Assembly: GCA_951406725.2 (NCBI GenBank)
Contig: OX597835.1
Span: forward strand, 11,904,001 to 11,968,000
Length of the DNA stretch: 64,000 bases
Source: Octopus vulgaris
Lineage: Eukaryota
Reading direction: 5' to 3'
Position 1 is the stretch's first letter; each line of letters begins with the position of its first letter. Below the pieces are notes generated by a model that saw only the letters and a list, made by a program, of their open reading frames with translations, did not search any database and was not told the DNA's origin. Below, in pieces: positions 40,478-53,865 of this stretch. Made by a program: the position numbers and the translations under genes.

Positions 40478-40875
40478 CTAGCAGTATCGCCCGGCGTTGC
40501 TCGGGTTTGTAAGGGAAATAACTATATAAGCATTTTTAGAGAGTTATAGCCCCAAAATAGCAAAAAAATGCATTAAAAATGGAAGACAAATTATGGTAAT
40601 TTTTTTTTAAATCGTTGACTCATCGTAGACATTTTTAGAGAGTCACTTCCCTTATATAATAGCGAAAATGCATTAAAATGGAAATAAATGATGGTATTTT
40701 TTTTTTTAAATCGTAGACTCATCGTAGACGCGCGCTAATACCCAGAAGGGCTCGATATGAATCACGACTATAAGATACCCGGTTTTGGTTAAACTGCACC
40801 GCAAAATGTGGGCGTAGTTAGGAGTCTAAATCGTAGGAGACAGACAGCACACAACTTCACTTTTATATATAAAGA
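40478..40875 (-). mobile_element. Non-autonomous Helitron family 1, copy 1
   Basis: rc A|TCtttatatataaaag...cccgagcaacgccgggcgatactgCTAG|T. Confidence 0.85.
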
Positions 40876-41214
40876 TTATTCAGATTTTCAGTGAAGCAGG
40901 CTAATAGCTTTTGAATGAAAATAGCCGATCTGGACATTTTGTTTTCGGAGAATGAAAGGCAATAATACATATTAAGCATACATTAAGTATATATTTAACA
41001 GAAAACCATAATATTATTGTAACATTTATTGACAGAATGAATTATTTAGCCACATGACCGCCATTTGGACGGATAACTTCAAACACCCTATTAGTCATTG
41101 AATCTGTCAATATTTTAATAGTAGCATGTTGGACTGTCTCTGCTGCTGCTGTTGCTGTTGCTGTCGAGCGGTACGAAGCGTGGTCTTATGCTATTCGTAA
41201 GACCCGCAGAAGAG

Positions 41215-41498
41215 AAATCAGGTCAACCCCCGACACCGAGAGCATCGATGGATGGATAAATGCGCATCCAGGCTCAGCGGTTGCGTAGGAAGTCGGGGAC
41301 AGGAAATAGGAAGAAAGAGTGAGAGAGAAAGTTGGGGCGAAAGAGTACAACAGGGGTTGCCACCACCCCTTGCCGGAGCCTCGTGGAGCTTTAGGTGTTT
41401 TCGCTCAATAAACACACACAACGCCCGGTCTGAGAATCGAAACCGCAATCCTCCGACCGCGAGTCCGCTGCCCTAACCTCTGGGCCATTACGCCTCCA
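41215..41498 (-). mobile_element. SINE family B head with tail Z
   Basis: rc ggaggcgtaatggcccagaggttagggcagcggactcgcggtcgg..., ending ...gatgctctcggtgtcggggttgacctgattt. Confidence 0.82.
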
Positions 41499-41553
41499 CT
41501 GTCTCTGTTGCAGCTTTGATGGGCGCCCATAAGACATGTTTACTGCCCTGTTT

Positions 41554-41597
<44 letters not shown>

Positions 41598-41608
41598 AAT
41601 ATAATGGG

Positions 41609-41888
41609 TGGAGGCGCAATGGCCCAGTGGGTAGGGCAGCGGATTCGCGGTCGTAGGATTGCGGTTTCGATTCCCAGACCGAGCGAAAACACCTAAAAAA
41701 GCTCCTCGAGGCTCCGACAGGGGGTGGTGATCCCTGCTGTACTCTTTCACCAATCTTTCTCCCACTCTTTCTTCTGTTGGCCTGCTCGCTTAGCCAGCGG
41801 GGTGGCGTCATTCAAAGGCTAAAACAATGCGAACGCATTGTGACCAGCGATGTGTAACATGGTCTGGTCGGTCACGTGATCACGTGAT
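41609..41888 (+). mobile_element. SINE family B head with tail Y
   Basis: ggaggcgcaatggcccagtgggtagggcagcgg...gcattgtgaccagcgatg...ggtcacgtgatcacgtgat. Confidence 0.82.
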
Positions 41889-43101
41889 ATATATAATTAG
41901 TGAGGGGAGTTGTGTGTGAATATGTTTTCACGCCTGCGTAGTAAATCACTCCGAGCTTTTCGATATTGGTCTAGCATCATCCTTCATCATTAATATAATA
42001 GATTTACTCTATTAAAATGCGGTAATTCAAGATATTTGGAAGATCCCGGAAATTTCATTAAGACTTATTCCGGTGCCATCACCCTCTGTGATTACTGAAG
42101 AAACGATGAACAATTTTAATCTTGGGAATTAATGGAAAAAGGAATTCACGTTAATAAGGGAACTTTCTTTTAACTTTAGGCTGATTTGATCGCAAGCTCT
42201 TTATTTCATTTCCTCACTTCCGTTCACTTTTCTCTACAGGAGAGATTCTTAAAATCAATAAATTTATATTCTTCATTTTATGGTCAGCTTATTACAAAAC
42301 AAAAATTGCGAAAACTTGCTTGGCTGAAATATTGATTTCTTTCTTGTCACAAGACTAAGTTTATGAAGGAAAGGATCAGTCTCAGTTCATTCGATTCCAA
42401 ATACCATTTCAGTCCAAAACAAGCAGGCCTATAACAAAGACATTCTAGCCGTGACCACTCCAGTCTTGCCTCAGCTAAAACACCTCTATATACTTTATTA
42501 TCATTTTTCAAGTTCCTATTTTAGATTCTGATAAATCCCACACCAGTGCCACGCATCTTGCTTTGTATTATGAAAACTGTACTGAATATTGATTTTCATA
42601 AACTGTCTACAATATTCTATATTTTATTTGACGTAAAACTTCGAAAATTTTGGCGTTGATGTCATTGTAAGAAATATTAATGGCATCGTTGAACTGAAAT
42701 GGTTTCAAGTGGGAATTGTATTAACATCAAGAATTTACGATTCCGGGTACTTATACCCGGTTTAGTCACTATTACAGTTTTTTGAAGATACATAAATATA
42801 CTTTAGTAGTAAAATCACACTTTATATTTGAACTTATTTTCTTGTTTTGACAGAAATGTCATTCTTTGATGGAAATAAATGAAGGCAGCCACTTTAAGAG
42901 ACTACTATTTTAAGTAATTTCTTTTACAGAGCAAGCCAACTCCTACTGGATTTGAACTTCTACGGGAAAGACTGAAATATGAAATATTTAATGCTTTAAT
43001 CTCTACTTCTATTCGGTGCAGCAAACAAAAAGTCCATGCTTTCAAGTCCAAATATACAGAAATGCGTTAAATGTAACCGGTCATAGATTTCACATTTCAT
43101 C

Positions 43102-43198
43102 CAACGCTGCTTAGGGCGCTTGTACTTAATTCATTCAACGCTGCTTGTACTTAATTCATTCAACGCTGCTTAGGGCGCTTGTTCTTAATTCATTCAAC
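43102..43198. repeat. Short tandem repeat (34/25/34-bp units)
   Basis: caacgctgctt(agggcgctt)gtacttaattcatt x3. Confidence 0.85.
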
Positions 43199-43241
43199 CT
43201 TCACAAGCCTTTTCGCACATCAGTAAATATATCGCTTGATA

Positions 43242-43383
43242 TTCTAATATAAGAGCGATCAGTTCTTAGTGACCATGAACGAGCTTCGCTATACGTAGCT
43301 GATGAGGCGTAACGACGCAGAAATAAATATGTCTTATAGTACAATGACGTCATTCGTGTCTAAACAGTGTGTTTACATCCATA
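43242..43383. repeat. 142-bp direct duplication, left copy (right copy 43779-43920)
   Basis: ttctaatataagagcgatc...gtttacatccata; five substitutions between copies; flush with the Helitron ends. Confidence 0.95.
43288..43340 (+). ncRNA. Type-I hammerhead-like motif (C3-G8); second copy at 43825-43877
   Basis: GCUA(UACG)UAG-CUGAUGA-G-GCGU(AACG)ACGC-A-GAA-AUA(AAUA)UGU-C-UUAUAGU. Triplet GUC (AUC in copy 2). G10.1-A11.1 mismatch. Confidence 0.55.
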
Positions 43384-43778
43384 TCTTTATATATAAAAGT
43401 GAGGTTGTGTGCTGTGTGTCTCCTACGATTTATATTCCTAACTACTCCCACATTTTGCGGTGCAGTGTAACCAAAACCGGGTATCTTATAGTCGTGATTC
43501 ATATCGAGCCCTTCTGGGTATTAGCGCGCGTCTACGATGAGTCTACGATTTTAAAAATAATTTACCATCATTTTTTTCCATTTTAATGCATTTTTTCACT
43601 AATATATAAGTAACTCTCTAAAAATGTCTACGATAACTCAACGATTTCCAAAAAAATTTACCATAATTTTTTTTTCCATTTTTAATGCATTTTTTTTCTA
43701 TTTTTTGGCTATAACTCTAAAAATGCTTATATAGTTATTTCCCTTACAAATCCGAGCAACGCCGGGCGATACTGCTAT
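43384..43778 (+). mobile_element. Non-autonomous Helitron family 1, copy 2
   Basis: A|TCtttatatataaaagtg...ccgagcaacgccgggcgatactgCTAT|T (CTAG variant); reverse complement of 40478-40875. Confidence 0.85.
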
Positions 43779-45166
43779 TTCTAATATAAGAGCGATCAGT
43801 TCTTAGTGACCATGAACGAGGTTTGCTATACGTAGCTGATGAGGCGTAACGACGCAGAAATAAATATATCTTATAGTACAAAGACGTCATTCGTGTCTAA
43901 ACAGTGTGTTTACACCCATATTTTCTATAAGGAGAATTTCTTCTCTCGAGACAACGTAAGCAGCATATTTCCTTTCCATATCCACGAACATATTTAATCG
44001 GACTGTTCATTATTATAAAATCCCAATTCTCATGGAAAGTAAGTTCTTGACAAATGTTCATGCGCTTCTCTTAGGTATCCTATTAGTGTTGTAAACTGAG
44101 GGAAAATAATTGATTGTGAATTTTCTTTATGTTTTAGACATTCCTGTTGATCAATAAGTCAAATATGTAAGCTCATCTACTCAATTTGTAATTCTGTGCG
44201 TAAAATTACATTTTCTAAAAAATATAGTCAACGTAGTATTCAAGTGCAAAGTTAAGATTTGTTATATTAAAAGTTAAAATTTGTTATATTAAGTCAAATA
44301 TTATTCGAGCCTTCAATCTTTGTGTCTAAACCAGATCGGAAAATACATTTTATACCAGTTTATCAAATGACGTGTATTGTGAGCCAGTGGCGTTGATACA
44401 AAATTCAGCTTTTGATTCCAGATTCAATACACAATATAATTGCAATCTAAGTTGATTTAAATCAATTAAATTTTGATTGATTTTTCTCAGCAATCTCTTC
44501 CTCCTCCACAACCTTCAAAGCTATCAGCGACTCCACTACCATTACCAACCCCATGACCATCACCACCTGTATCCCTAACACCACCTCCGCGTCCAGAAAC
44601 GTCTCCACAGCCATCATCCTCTATTCCTTTCTCTAGAAACCAATTATTTATTCATTAATGTCAATTATATCCATCCGAATTACTGATCATTTAATTGAAT
44701 ATCATAAATAAGAAAGTTTTTCGTAGTTTCATTTCTATGATATTGATTGTCTTCCACTTTTCAAACTACTTTCATTCGTCTTATTTCAGCGGGGCTGAGA
44801 GCAATTTATAGGTTTCCTAAAAATGTTCATTTAATTTAGTTGCCAGTCATTTGAAGGCAATTATTTAGAAACGTAAACTTAATAAATTGAAATGAATTGT
44901 CTTTGATTCCACCGTGATGTGGCGCCTGTCACCAATATCGTTTTCAAATTGTTTTCCTCATTTTGATGTATGTAAGTACCGTACTTTTCAATTGGAGTTG
45001 CAGGTTTCATTCATAGACTTACGAATAGTGCGGTAACTTCAGTTCAGTTCGGTTTTAGTGAGAATTGTATTTTGTAAGTTTTCAAAGACTTTAGAAGATT
45101 TATCTATTTACATCTTCGTTAGCAACTGGAGGCGCAGTCTTTTTAGATATGAATGTTACTCTAAAT

Positions 45167-47322
45167 CAGTGGTTCCCAAACTTTTTCGGACTGCCACCCC
45201 CTTGGCACCAGGGCCACATACCTAGCACACACACACACACACCCTAACTCACCATCACAGGCATCAACCTCTTTCCACTGCAAATTCAAAGCAATTCTAT
45301 TTCAAATAAGACTTAACCTAATTAACTGATTGTTTTGTTGTCTTTACAATGTGAAAGACTAAATTTACATTCCACCCGTAACTATGATGTTTCCATATTT
45401 TCAATGCGATCGTTCTACATTGTGCCGAGATATTAGCTTCTCAACATTTGGCAGAAAGGTACTGCGAAATAGTTTTAGATCCCTGTGTTCAGTAATCTTC
45501 CGTCTGTTTCTTTGCTTAAAACGAATCTGGGCATCTGCACTGAACCCCCGCTGTACAAAATATGATTTTGGGAAGACAATAAAATGCATATCGTCTTTGT
45601 TCCACAGTGCAGGGTAGCAGTCAGAAATGTCCTTTTGCAATAAAAAAATCCTGATATGATTTTTTTAAAACTTTGGCCTCAGCTCAATGGCAGTGTAAAG
45701 TGAAATCAGTTCTTGCTCCTCCATTCTTGTTTCCTCATTACAGATATCTAAGAATCGCCCAGGCTGGTATTTTAAGCAAAAGTAAATATCCGTGCAGCTC
45801 ATCTTGGTGTGAACAATACACACGAATATCATCTTCTGCTTTGTGTTTTTCCTCCTCCAATTCAGAGAGTTTCGGAAACTGGAAGAACTAAAGACATTGT
45901 ATTTTTAGAATTGAATAGTTTACTTTGATAAGGTTTAACCTAATTTCCTTGCAGTTGCAAATCAACTTCATTGAACTTCGTTAATACATCTGCCATATAG
46001 ACAATATCACGCTTGGTGTTTCTTGGGTCATCGCAATGAACAGAATAGGAGTCTTGCGAGAATAAAACAACTATTTTAAAAAGGGAATACAAATTTTCCG
46101 ACAGGTTCCCTTTGACAGACATCGAACTTCTGTGTGCAACAACAAACGTTCACAATCTTTATCATTCTCAATACAGAGCAGTAGAAACAGCGGGGAATTA
46201 TCAGCATCTGCCTGGATTTTATTTAGTGCTGTGGTATCAGTGCTCATTGATTTGTAAAGTCTACCACTTAATTTATTTGCAGCCAGATATTATCTGTGGA
46301 TTATAGGGTGCGCTGTAAACAGGCTAGGTATAAGTTTTTTCACTAAACTGATGAAGCCATGATGACATCCTACCATCGATGGTATCCCATCTATTGCTCA
46401 AACACGAAATACTGACTCCGCTTTTGTATCTGTTTCTAGTTGTCTTACAAATAATGGCTCTCGAACCAAACGTTAATCTTTGACGAAGCCAACATAAGCA
46501 ACATGTATACTTTTATTCCCTGACAATGGGAACTAATCTAACTGTAAGCTAATTTTGGTTGTTCTAAGTTTGTTGCACAATATTTCTTCAATGTTAAAGT
46601 ATTCCACAATTTTAAGCGTTCGTAATAGGCATTGTTAGAGGAAAATTTCGTACCTCCACTTTTTCGTTTTAATTTTCAAGTTTAAATCCCGAAAAAAGCA
46701 ATAAAAAAAAGCAGAAATTCTGATTCATGTAAGACAACTATTCCGAAACTCCGACAAATATAAATTAAATGTCATTCTAAAAATTTCATAATGATAGAGT
46801 TTCTAAAACAAAATCGAAAAAATTATGATAGTAATCTATATTTATAATAACTGTTATTTTAATCAATGTATTAATTTGTTGGGTCAGGCCTATTATTTAA
46901 AATAATTGTACGAAGACAAATTCTTATTAATTTTACATTCATAAAATGCATTAAAATAATTTAAAATAATTTCTTTACTCAGAACAAATATCAAAATACC
47001 AAATTATGGAAGATATGAAGAATGTTATCTTTACTTAAAGCTCCATACAGAAGACGATGGTGAGCGAAATACAAAATTGTAGTTTATAAAAATGCAGCTA
47101 ATTTGTTTCTCTCTTTCTCTCTCTCTCTCTCTCTCAATCTGTCTATCTATCTACCTATTTATCTGTCTATGTATCTATCTCTTTCACTCTCTCTCCCTCT
47201 CCCTCTGTGTGAATATGAGTGTATGTGTGTATGTGTCTCTGTAGATATACCTCACACGCATATATATTTCTGTATACACATATACACGCATATATGCATA
47301 GATACATACACGTATGTACACA

Positions 47323-47404
<82 letters not shown>

Positions 47405-47625
47405 ATAGCCTTAACAGATTACTTCACATAATATTCACTGGGGATTTTGGTTTTTTAGAATGACGACTGAATTCTCCACCTACGCCATATTTATTGTTAT
47501 TTAGATACGAAAGAGTAGATAAGCGAAAGAAAAGGGGACATTTAATAGGACTTACAAGCCTGAAGCAGTTGGGCTCGCGTTATGGACCTACAAAACAGAA
47601 CCGAAACGAAGTGGTCTAAAAAAAC

Positions 47626-47722
<97 letters not shown>

Positions 47723-48096
47723 TACTCACACATAATTGTATGCGGATCCTCCTACATACACGTATAGGTATTCATATATTCGTATATATACGTATATATG
47801 TGTATGCCTTTCTATATATGTTTACTATGTATATGTATATATATATATACACGGACATGGATGCACACACACACATATGTACATACACACATGTATTTAG
47901 CATTGGTATCAAAGTTGTCAGTGATAAGTGGAGCAGATCTCGAGGGAATACTTAACGGCGACCGAAGTGCCGTCCGTCTCGAACTTCTTGAAAACAAGTG
48001 GGACATTCTTATACATACATACTTCCACCACATACACGTGTGTGTGCGTATATGTATTTGTGTGTGTACATATATATACATACATATATACATATA

Positions 48097-48145
<49 letters not shown>

Positions 48146-48189
48146 ACATAAATATGTATACATATATATACATACATATATATATGTAA

Positions 48190-48226
<37 letters not shown>

Positions 48227-48555
48227 TTTTAATCATGTTTTTGTTGTTCAGCATCATATGTTTTCGTCATTCTGGAGAATTCTCTTGGGAATTTTATGAC
48301 CAGCTTCGTTTGTAAACTTTGAGGACTTTTTTATTTTTTATTTATCTTCTTCGTTCTGTTCTTGCTGAAAGTTGGTTTTATTAAAACAACATTTTTCAGA
48401 TCGATTTTTAAGCACTATTTTCTAAACTTGAGTGTATACCATTAAAAAATAGAGGTGAGCATCGTCATCCATCGCCCCATTTCGGCCATCCATCATCACC
48501 CCACTTTTCTTCAACGCCCCCTGGATAGTTTCTCCGCTCAATTACGGAACCACTG
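45167..48555 (-). mobile_element. Degenerate hAT (Buster/Charlie-type) transposon with both ends and an 8-bp TSD
   Basis: TIRs cagtggttcc (45167) / ggaaccactg (48546-48555). TSD ctctaaat (45159-45166) / cactaaat (48556-48563) with central TA. Transposase remnants such as DIVYMADVLTKFNEVDLQLQG and FPKSYFVQRGFS lie on the - strand at 45400-46600. Confidence 0.85.
47324..47721. repeat. (GT)n and (GATA)n microsatellites inside the hAT element
   Basis: Direct reading (47324-47402; 47626-47721). Confidence 0.95.
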
Positions 48556-48845
48556 CACTAAATAAATTGATATATGTTTGATGCTTTGTCAATGTTTATA
48601 TTTACGAGTCGGGGGATCGGTGGACGGGTTTCATAACATAATTACTCGTGTGTCCCATAAGCTGCTGAATAAAGAATACCCTAGTGACGTAGGCAAGCAT
48701 TTGGACACGAAACAGACAAACGGAAGAAAACCAAAGATTTTGCAATGCAGAAGGAATTAGAAATAGAAGGAGTTTCCATAACACTGGTTTGTCTATTTAC
48801 ACAGGTTTGTCTATTTAGACAGGGGTGTCTAAAAAGGTAGAATAG

Positions 48846-49115
48846 AGGCGCAGGTATGGCCAGGAGTAAGCGTGACTCTGTGGCAAGAAGCTTGCTCCCT
48901 AACCGCATGGTTTTGAGTTTAGTCCACTCCGTGGCAATTGGGGCCGACAAAAGACATTTATGCGAATGGATTTAGTAAAGGGAAACTGAAAGAAGCCGGT
49001 CGTATTTATATATATATATATTTATTTGTATGTGTGTGTTTCTTTTTGTCTGTGTTTGTCTCCCACCAACACTTGGCAATCGGTGTTGGTTTGTTTACGT
49101 TCCCGTAACTTAGTA
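48846..49115 (+). mobile_element. Degenerate SINE family C
   Basis: aggcgcagg...gaagcttgctccctaaccgcatgg...ggaaactgaaagaagccggtcg...cccgtaacttag. Confidence 0.72.
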
Positions 49116-49829
49116 CTTATGTGTGCTTAAGTACAGGTCCCCATTGACGGGGTCGGGTGGGGGTTATCTTCCTGCCCTCCACCCCGCCAAATTTTCTCCG
49201 ATCAATTTTTCAAATGTCAGATGTTCAAATGTTTTTTCCTAAATATTTATAAAAGTGAAATTAATAACGTGAACGCTTTTCCACGTTATTTTCTTTAACA
49301 CAACACCGTATAGATTATTCTCTACACAAAAAATTCCTTTTGAACTGTATTATAACACAATATTAACGCACTCATTACATTATCCAATAAAAAAAATATT
49401 TTAATAAAATAACTGGCATAATGAAGATGAAAGTTTTTTCAATGTGTATACCGATACAAAAATATATCATAATTTACATACAAATATGTAATGTGCACTG
49501 GTCTACGTAAAAAATGACAGAGATATAACGAGTTATAATGTGAGCGCAGTATTATTATAAAATAACACTAATAAATAATTGCAATGTAAAACATTCCTAC
49601 AATATGAACGTACCTTAAGTTGGCTTTTTACTGTGAAATATATGCGACATGATTGTTATGTTGTGTAGGAACGCTTGTGTGCTGTCATTGTTTTTTCGTT
49701 TAGTATTTTTCGTAAGTTCGGTCTAGTTTGTTGTAAGTTTTTATCTTTCTGTTTTAATTTTTGATATTATATTGCTAATTTCTTTTGTTAGTTTATTACA
49801 TATTGATTTTAAATTAGTATTATTTTATT

Positions 49830-50350
49830 CCTATAATTGATGCTCTGCACTCAAATTTAGACAGCAGAACTATTGTGTATATGAGTGTCGCTAACGATTT
49901 TTCGTTTTTAATTGAACTACAAGCACCGAGGGAGCAGATTCTCCATGGTGTCAAGAAACTACTACAAGAATACCCAAGTATGTTGATCTCAGACTTGTTG
50001 ATAAACTCTTGACTCTTGACACTAGTATATAAAAGAGGCCCATGCAGAAAAAGAAAGTTTTTAAGCCAACAAGACATGCACCCGATAATAAAAGAGGATA
50101 AAATTGAGGCTCCTTCCCCAAATGTGGAAACAATTTTCAGATTGTCCCTGTGTTTGATGGTCACTAACTGTTCTGGAGAGAGATCATCTTCTAGGCTGAA
50201 ACGGATCAAAAGTGACCGTCGTTCAGCAATGTCAGAAGAGCAGCTGTCTGGTCTGAATATTCCCTATATAGAGAACTGTGACTTATTGGTTTTGATGAAA
50301 TCCTTGACGAGTTGGCAGTAAGGAAAGCTCGAAGGAAGATGTTCTGACAT
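49830..50350 (+). pseudogene. hAT transposase C-terminal dimerisation-domain remnant
   Basis: PNVETIFRLSLCLMVTNCSGERSSSRLKRIKSDRRSAMSEEQLSGLNI matches 'FPN....R..L...VT....ERSFS.LK.IK...RS.M...RL..L'. Confidence 0.85.
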
Positions 50351-51204
50351 TAAACAGCCGACTGTAAATACGCAAACAAGCCTTAACAAGGTAATACAAA
50401 GACAGCACTTTAATTATTTGACTGTTTTGTGTAAACATTAAACTTACATCAATCATCATTGTATAATCTATAATTGATATTTTCCAATATACTTTAAGAA
50501 TAAAACTGTTGTCAGTCTTCAAAGATTAAAACGTTACAAGATATTGACGAATGCCTTGTCTGTTCTCTTTTCATCAAGTTTGACTGTTTTATCATGTGAC
50601 CTGTGTAAGACAGTGTTAGGCGTGCTGGGGTTTTGGTTAGCTTCAAGTTTGGTTAGCTTCATGTCTGAATTATAGCTCAGACAATCTGAATTATAGCCCA
50701 GACAATCTAAACCTGTACTTATCCATAAAATTCCTGAAAAACATACAGAAACGGTACCAAGGCTACTGGAATGACAGTATGCTGGCTGACTACTACTGGA
50801 CACTTTACCGTGATTAACCAGATCAGGAACACCACAGGAAATCCAAATCACAATGTTTCTAACTCCGATGTTCTAATCTTGTTTTGGTCTGACCCATTTT
50901 TTGTGTTTTCACTCTTTGTAGAATGACAGTGATGCTTTTTAACTCAATAAACCCATTTACTTTCTAAAAATAAGATGCCTAAATGATTTCATATATACAA
51001 ATATGTAATTATTTGTATGTATCTACTGAAAACCTGAAACGTGCTGCGTACAAATGAAGTGAAATTTTGAAATCGGTATAAAAAATTAGTCCAAAAAAGT
51101 TGGTTTACGTTCATAATGCGTATAATACATTCAATTTTGTTGACCAGTGTAATTTTCCTTTTTGGTGATACATTGCTATATAGCTTCCCAATTGAATGAT
51201 ATGT

Positions 51205-51238
<34 letters not shown>

Positions 51239-51945
51239 TCATGTACATACACACATACACAGTTAAATATCACATGTGAGTGAGTATGTACGTATATATA
51301 TGTATACAGATATATATTACTTCTCTGATAATAAACAGTCTCGTAAACACGACAGTAAAATGTGCACATGATATCCATAGCAATACCCAAGTTTTACGAA
51401 TACAGCTACCCGCGTCCTATTGTATTACTTAACTGGTTCTCAAACGACTCGTTTCAGTTCCACAATAGCCAGTTGTCAATTCCATCAATTCTGTTAGGGA
51501 TTCTTATCTGGCGCTTATCCATTAAAGGCTCAGCATTCTGTTGGAAGCTTTTTTTTTTTCTTGGACAAAGATAACGACATGAAGTAGAAAGCATTTTCTC
51601 GTTTCGGTCTTAAATGACGGTTGTATAAGTGACACGAAAATATGTTCAGTGGAATATTGATCATTTCTTAGCTTCTGCTCGTGTTATCCAAGTTCTACGC
51701 ACCATTCTCTTTTTGTTTATTATTTTGTGCTAGCGTTGGAAACAAAACACACACGCATACACACACACAAACTCGCACACTTACGTAACATATTTACTTT
51801 TGCTTCAAGAACTTATTGTCTTTTATACATACGCACACACACATGTATATGTATGTATATATGGTTATATGTGTGTGTGCGTAAACATTCATGTATTAAT
51901 ATAGATTTAGTCATATGTGTGTGTGTATAAACATTTATATATTAA

Positions 51946-52329
51946 CTAGCAGTATCGCCCGGCGTTGCTCGGGTTTGTAAGGGAAATAACTATATAAGCA
52001 TTTTTAGATATGTAAAGTATAATAGCCATCTCAATATGGCTAACCACAAGGAGGGTGGGGTTACGTTCTGAGATTTAATAATACATTTTTAGAGAGTTAC
52101 TTTCCTTATATATGCCAAAAATGTATTAAAAATGGGAAAAATTGATGGTAATTTTTTTTTTTAATCGTAGACTCATCGTAGACGCGCGCTAATACCCAGA
52201 AGGGCTCGATATGAATCACGACTATAAGATACCCGGTTTTGGTTAAACTGCACCGCAAAATGTGGAAGTAGTTAGGAATCTAAATCGGTGGAGACAGACA
52301 GCACACAACCTCTCTTTTATATATAAAGA
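51946..52329 (-). mobile_element. Non-autonomous Helitron family 1, copy 3
   Basis: ctagcagtatcgcccggcgttgctcggg...ttttatatataaaga; internal segment differs from copy 1. Confidence 0.85.
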
Positions 52330-52399
52330 TATAGATTTAGTCATATGTGTGTGTGTGTTTGGCTATGTATATGTTGCGTGTGTGTCTCTGTCTGTGTGT

Positions 52400-52435
<36 letters not shown>

Positions 52436-52438
<3 letters not shown>

Positions 52439-52711
52439 GGTACGTGGCCTACTCATTACGGTGTTGCACTCACGATCGCTTGATCGTGGGTTCGATTCTT
52501 CTAAAGAGTGGTGCGTTGTGTTCTTGAGCAAAACACTTCATTTCACGTTGCTCCAGTCCACCGAGCTTTAAACAGGTCATCCTGCAATATACCAGCTTTC
52601 CAATCAGGAGGGAATACTGACCTGCTTGCCTAGTCAAGCGGGAAAGCATTATTTGAAAACTAAAAGGATGCAAAGTGCATTGTGACCAACAAGAGTCTGG
52701 TTGCTCACGTG

Positions 52712-52713
<2 letters not shown>
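52436..52713 (+). mobile_element. SINE family D head with tail Y
   Basis: gaaggtacgtggcc...gggttcgattc...aaaacacttcatttcacgttgctccagtccac...gcattgtgaccaac...tcacgtgat. Confidence 0.72.
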
Positions 52714-52762
<49 letters not shown>

Positions 52763-52804
52763 CATATACAGATATAGATAGGCAGATAGATAGATAGATA
52801 GATT

Positions 52805-52843
<39 letters not shown>

Positions 52844-52912
52844 GGATAGATAGATAGATAGATGCATACAGGCAGACACACAGACACAACACACAGACAC
52901 ACAGACACACAA

Positions 52913-52993
<81 letters not shown>

Positions 52994-53072
52994 GGGGGAG
53001 AAAGAGATCGTTGGCATAAATAATGTAAGTTCGTACATATGTATATATATATATATATGTTATATATTAGCT

Positions 53073-53283
53073 TCCATTTTTGGCACAAGGCCAGCAACTT
53101 CAGTGGGGCGGTGTAATGCGTTACATTGACCCCAGTGTTCAAATCGTTTTTATTTTATCGACCCTGAAAGGATGAAAGGCAAAGTCGTCCTCGGCGAAAT
53201 TTGAACTCAGAACGTAAAGACGGACGAGATACCTGCTAAGAATTTTGCCCAGCGTGCTAACGATCCTCCCAGCTCCTCACCGT
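53073..53283 (-). mobile_element. SINE family A, tail A
   Basis: ggcacaaggccagc...gaaaggatgaaaggcaaagtcg...gaactcagaacgtaaagac. Confidence 0.85.
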
Positions 53284-53637
53284 CTAATGTGTATATTATA
53301 TATTGTTGTATATAGTCATAGAGGGAGATATAGTTAGTCAAAAGCGGGAGAATGACTAATTCTATAAGGGTTGTGCTTAGTCGGAAATTATGCTGATTAT
53401 TTCTGTGTATTTCATTTGACAAACTACGTTAAGTTTAGAGAAATCACAATTGCTATGAGCATGGCTTTATTTCCGTAGATACAGGTAGACACACACATGC
53501 ACACATAAATATAAATGGAAATGTTTATTTTATCTCACACACACACTTACATACATACATAATACATACATAACAGCCGTCCTTGCGTAGCACTTACATA
53601 GCCTTACCTGCCTTTTAGATCTCCTGGATACCAAAAC

Positions 53638-53685
<48 letters not shown>

Positions 53686-53865
53686 AAAGTAAATAAATGA
53701 TACAACGAAGTATCGATATTTACTGGGAAAAAAAAAAATATATATATATATAGTAGTAACAGAAAAGAGGAATTTCGGTTGTCCCCACGTGGTGGATTGT
53801 AATGTATATAAGAAAAATAAAAACGGAAAATGCGCACACTTACATGTTTATAGTATAATTTTTAA

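Noticed and set aside
43102-43198. Three ~34-bp repeats
   Set aside because: These are contiguous slippage repeats with no spacers.
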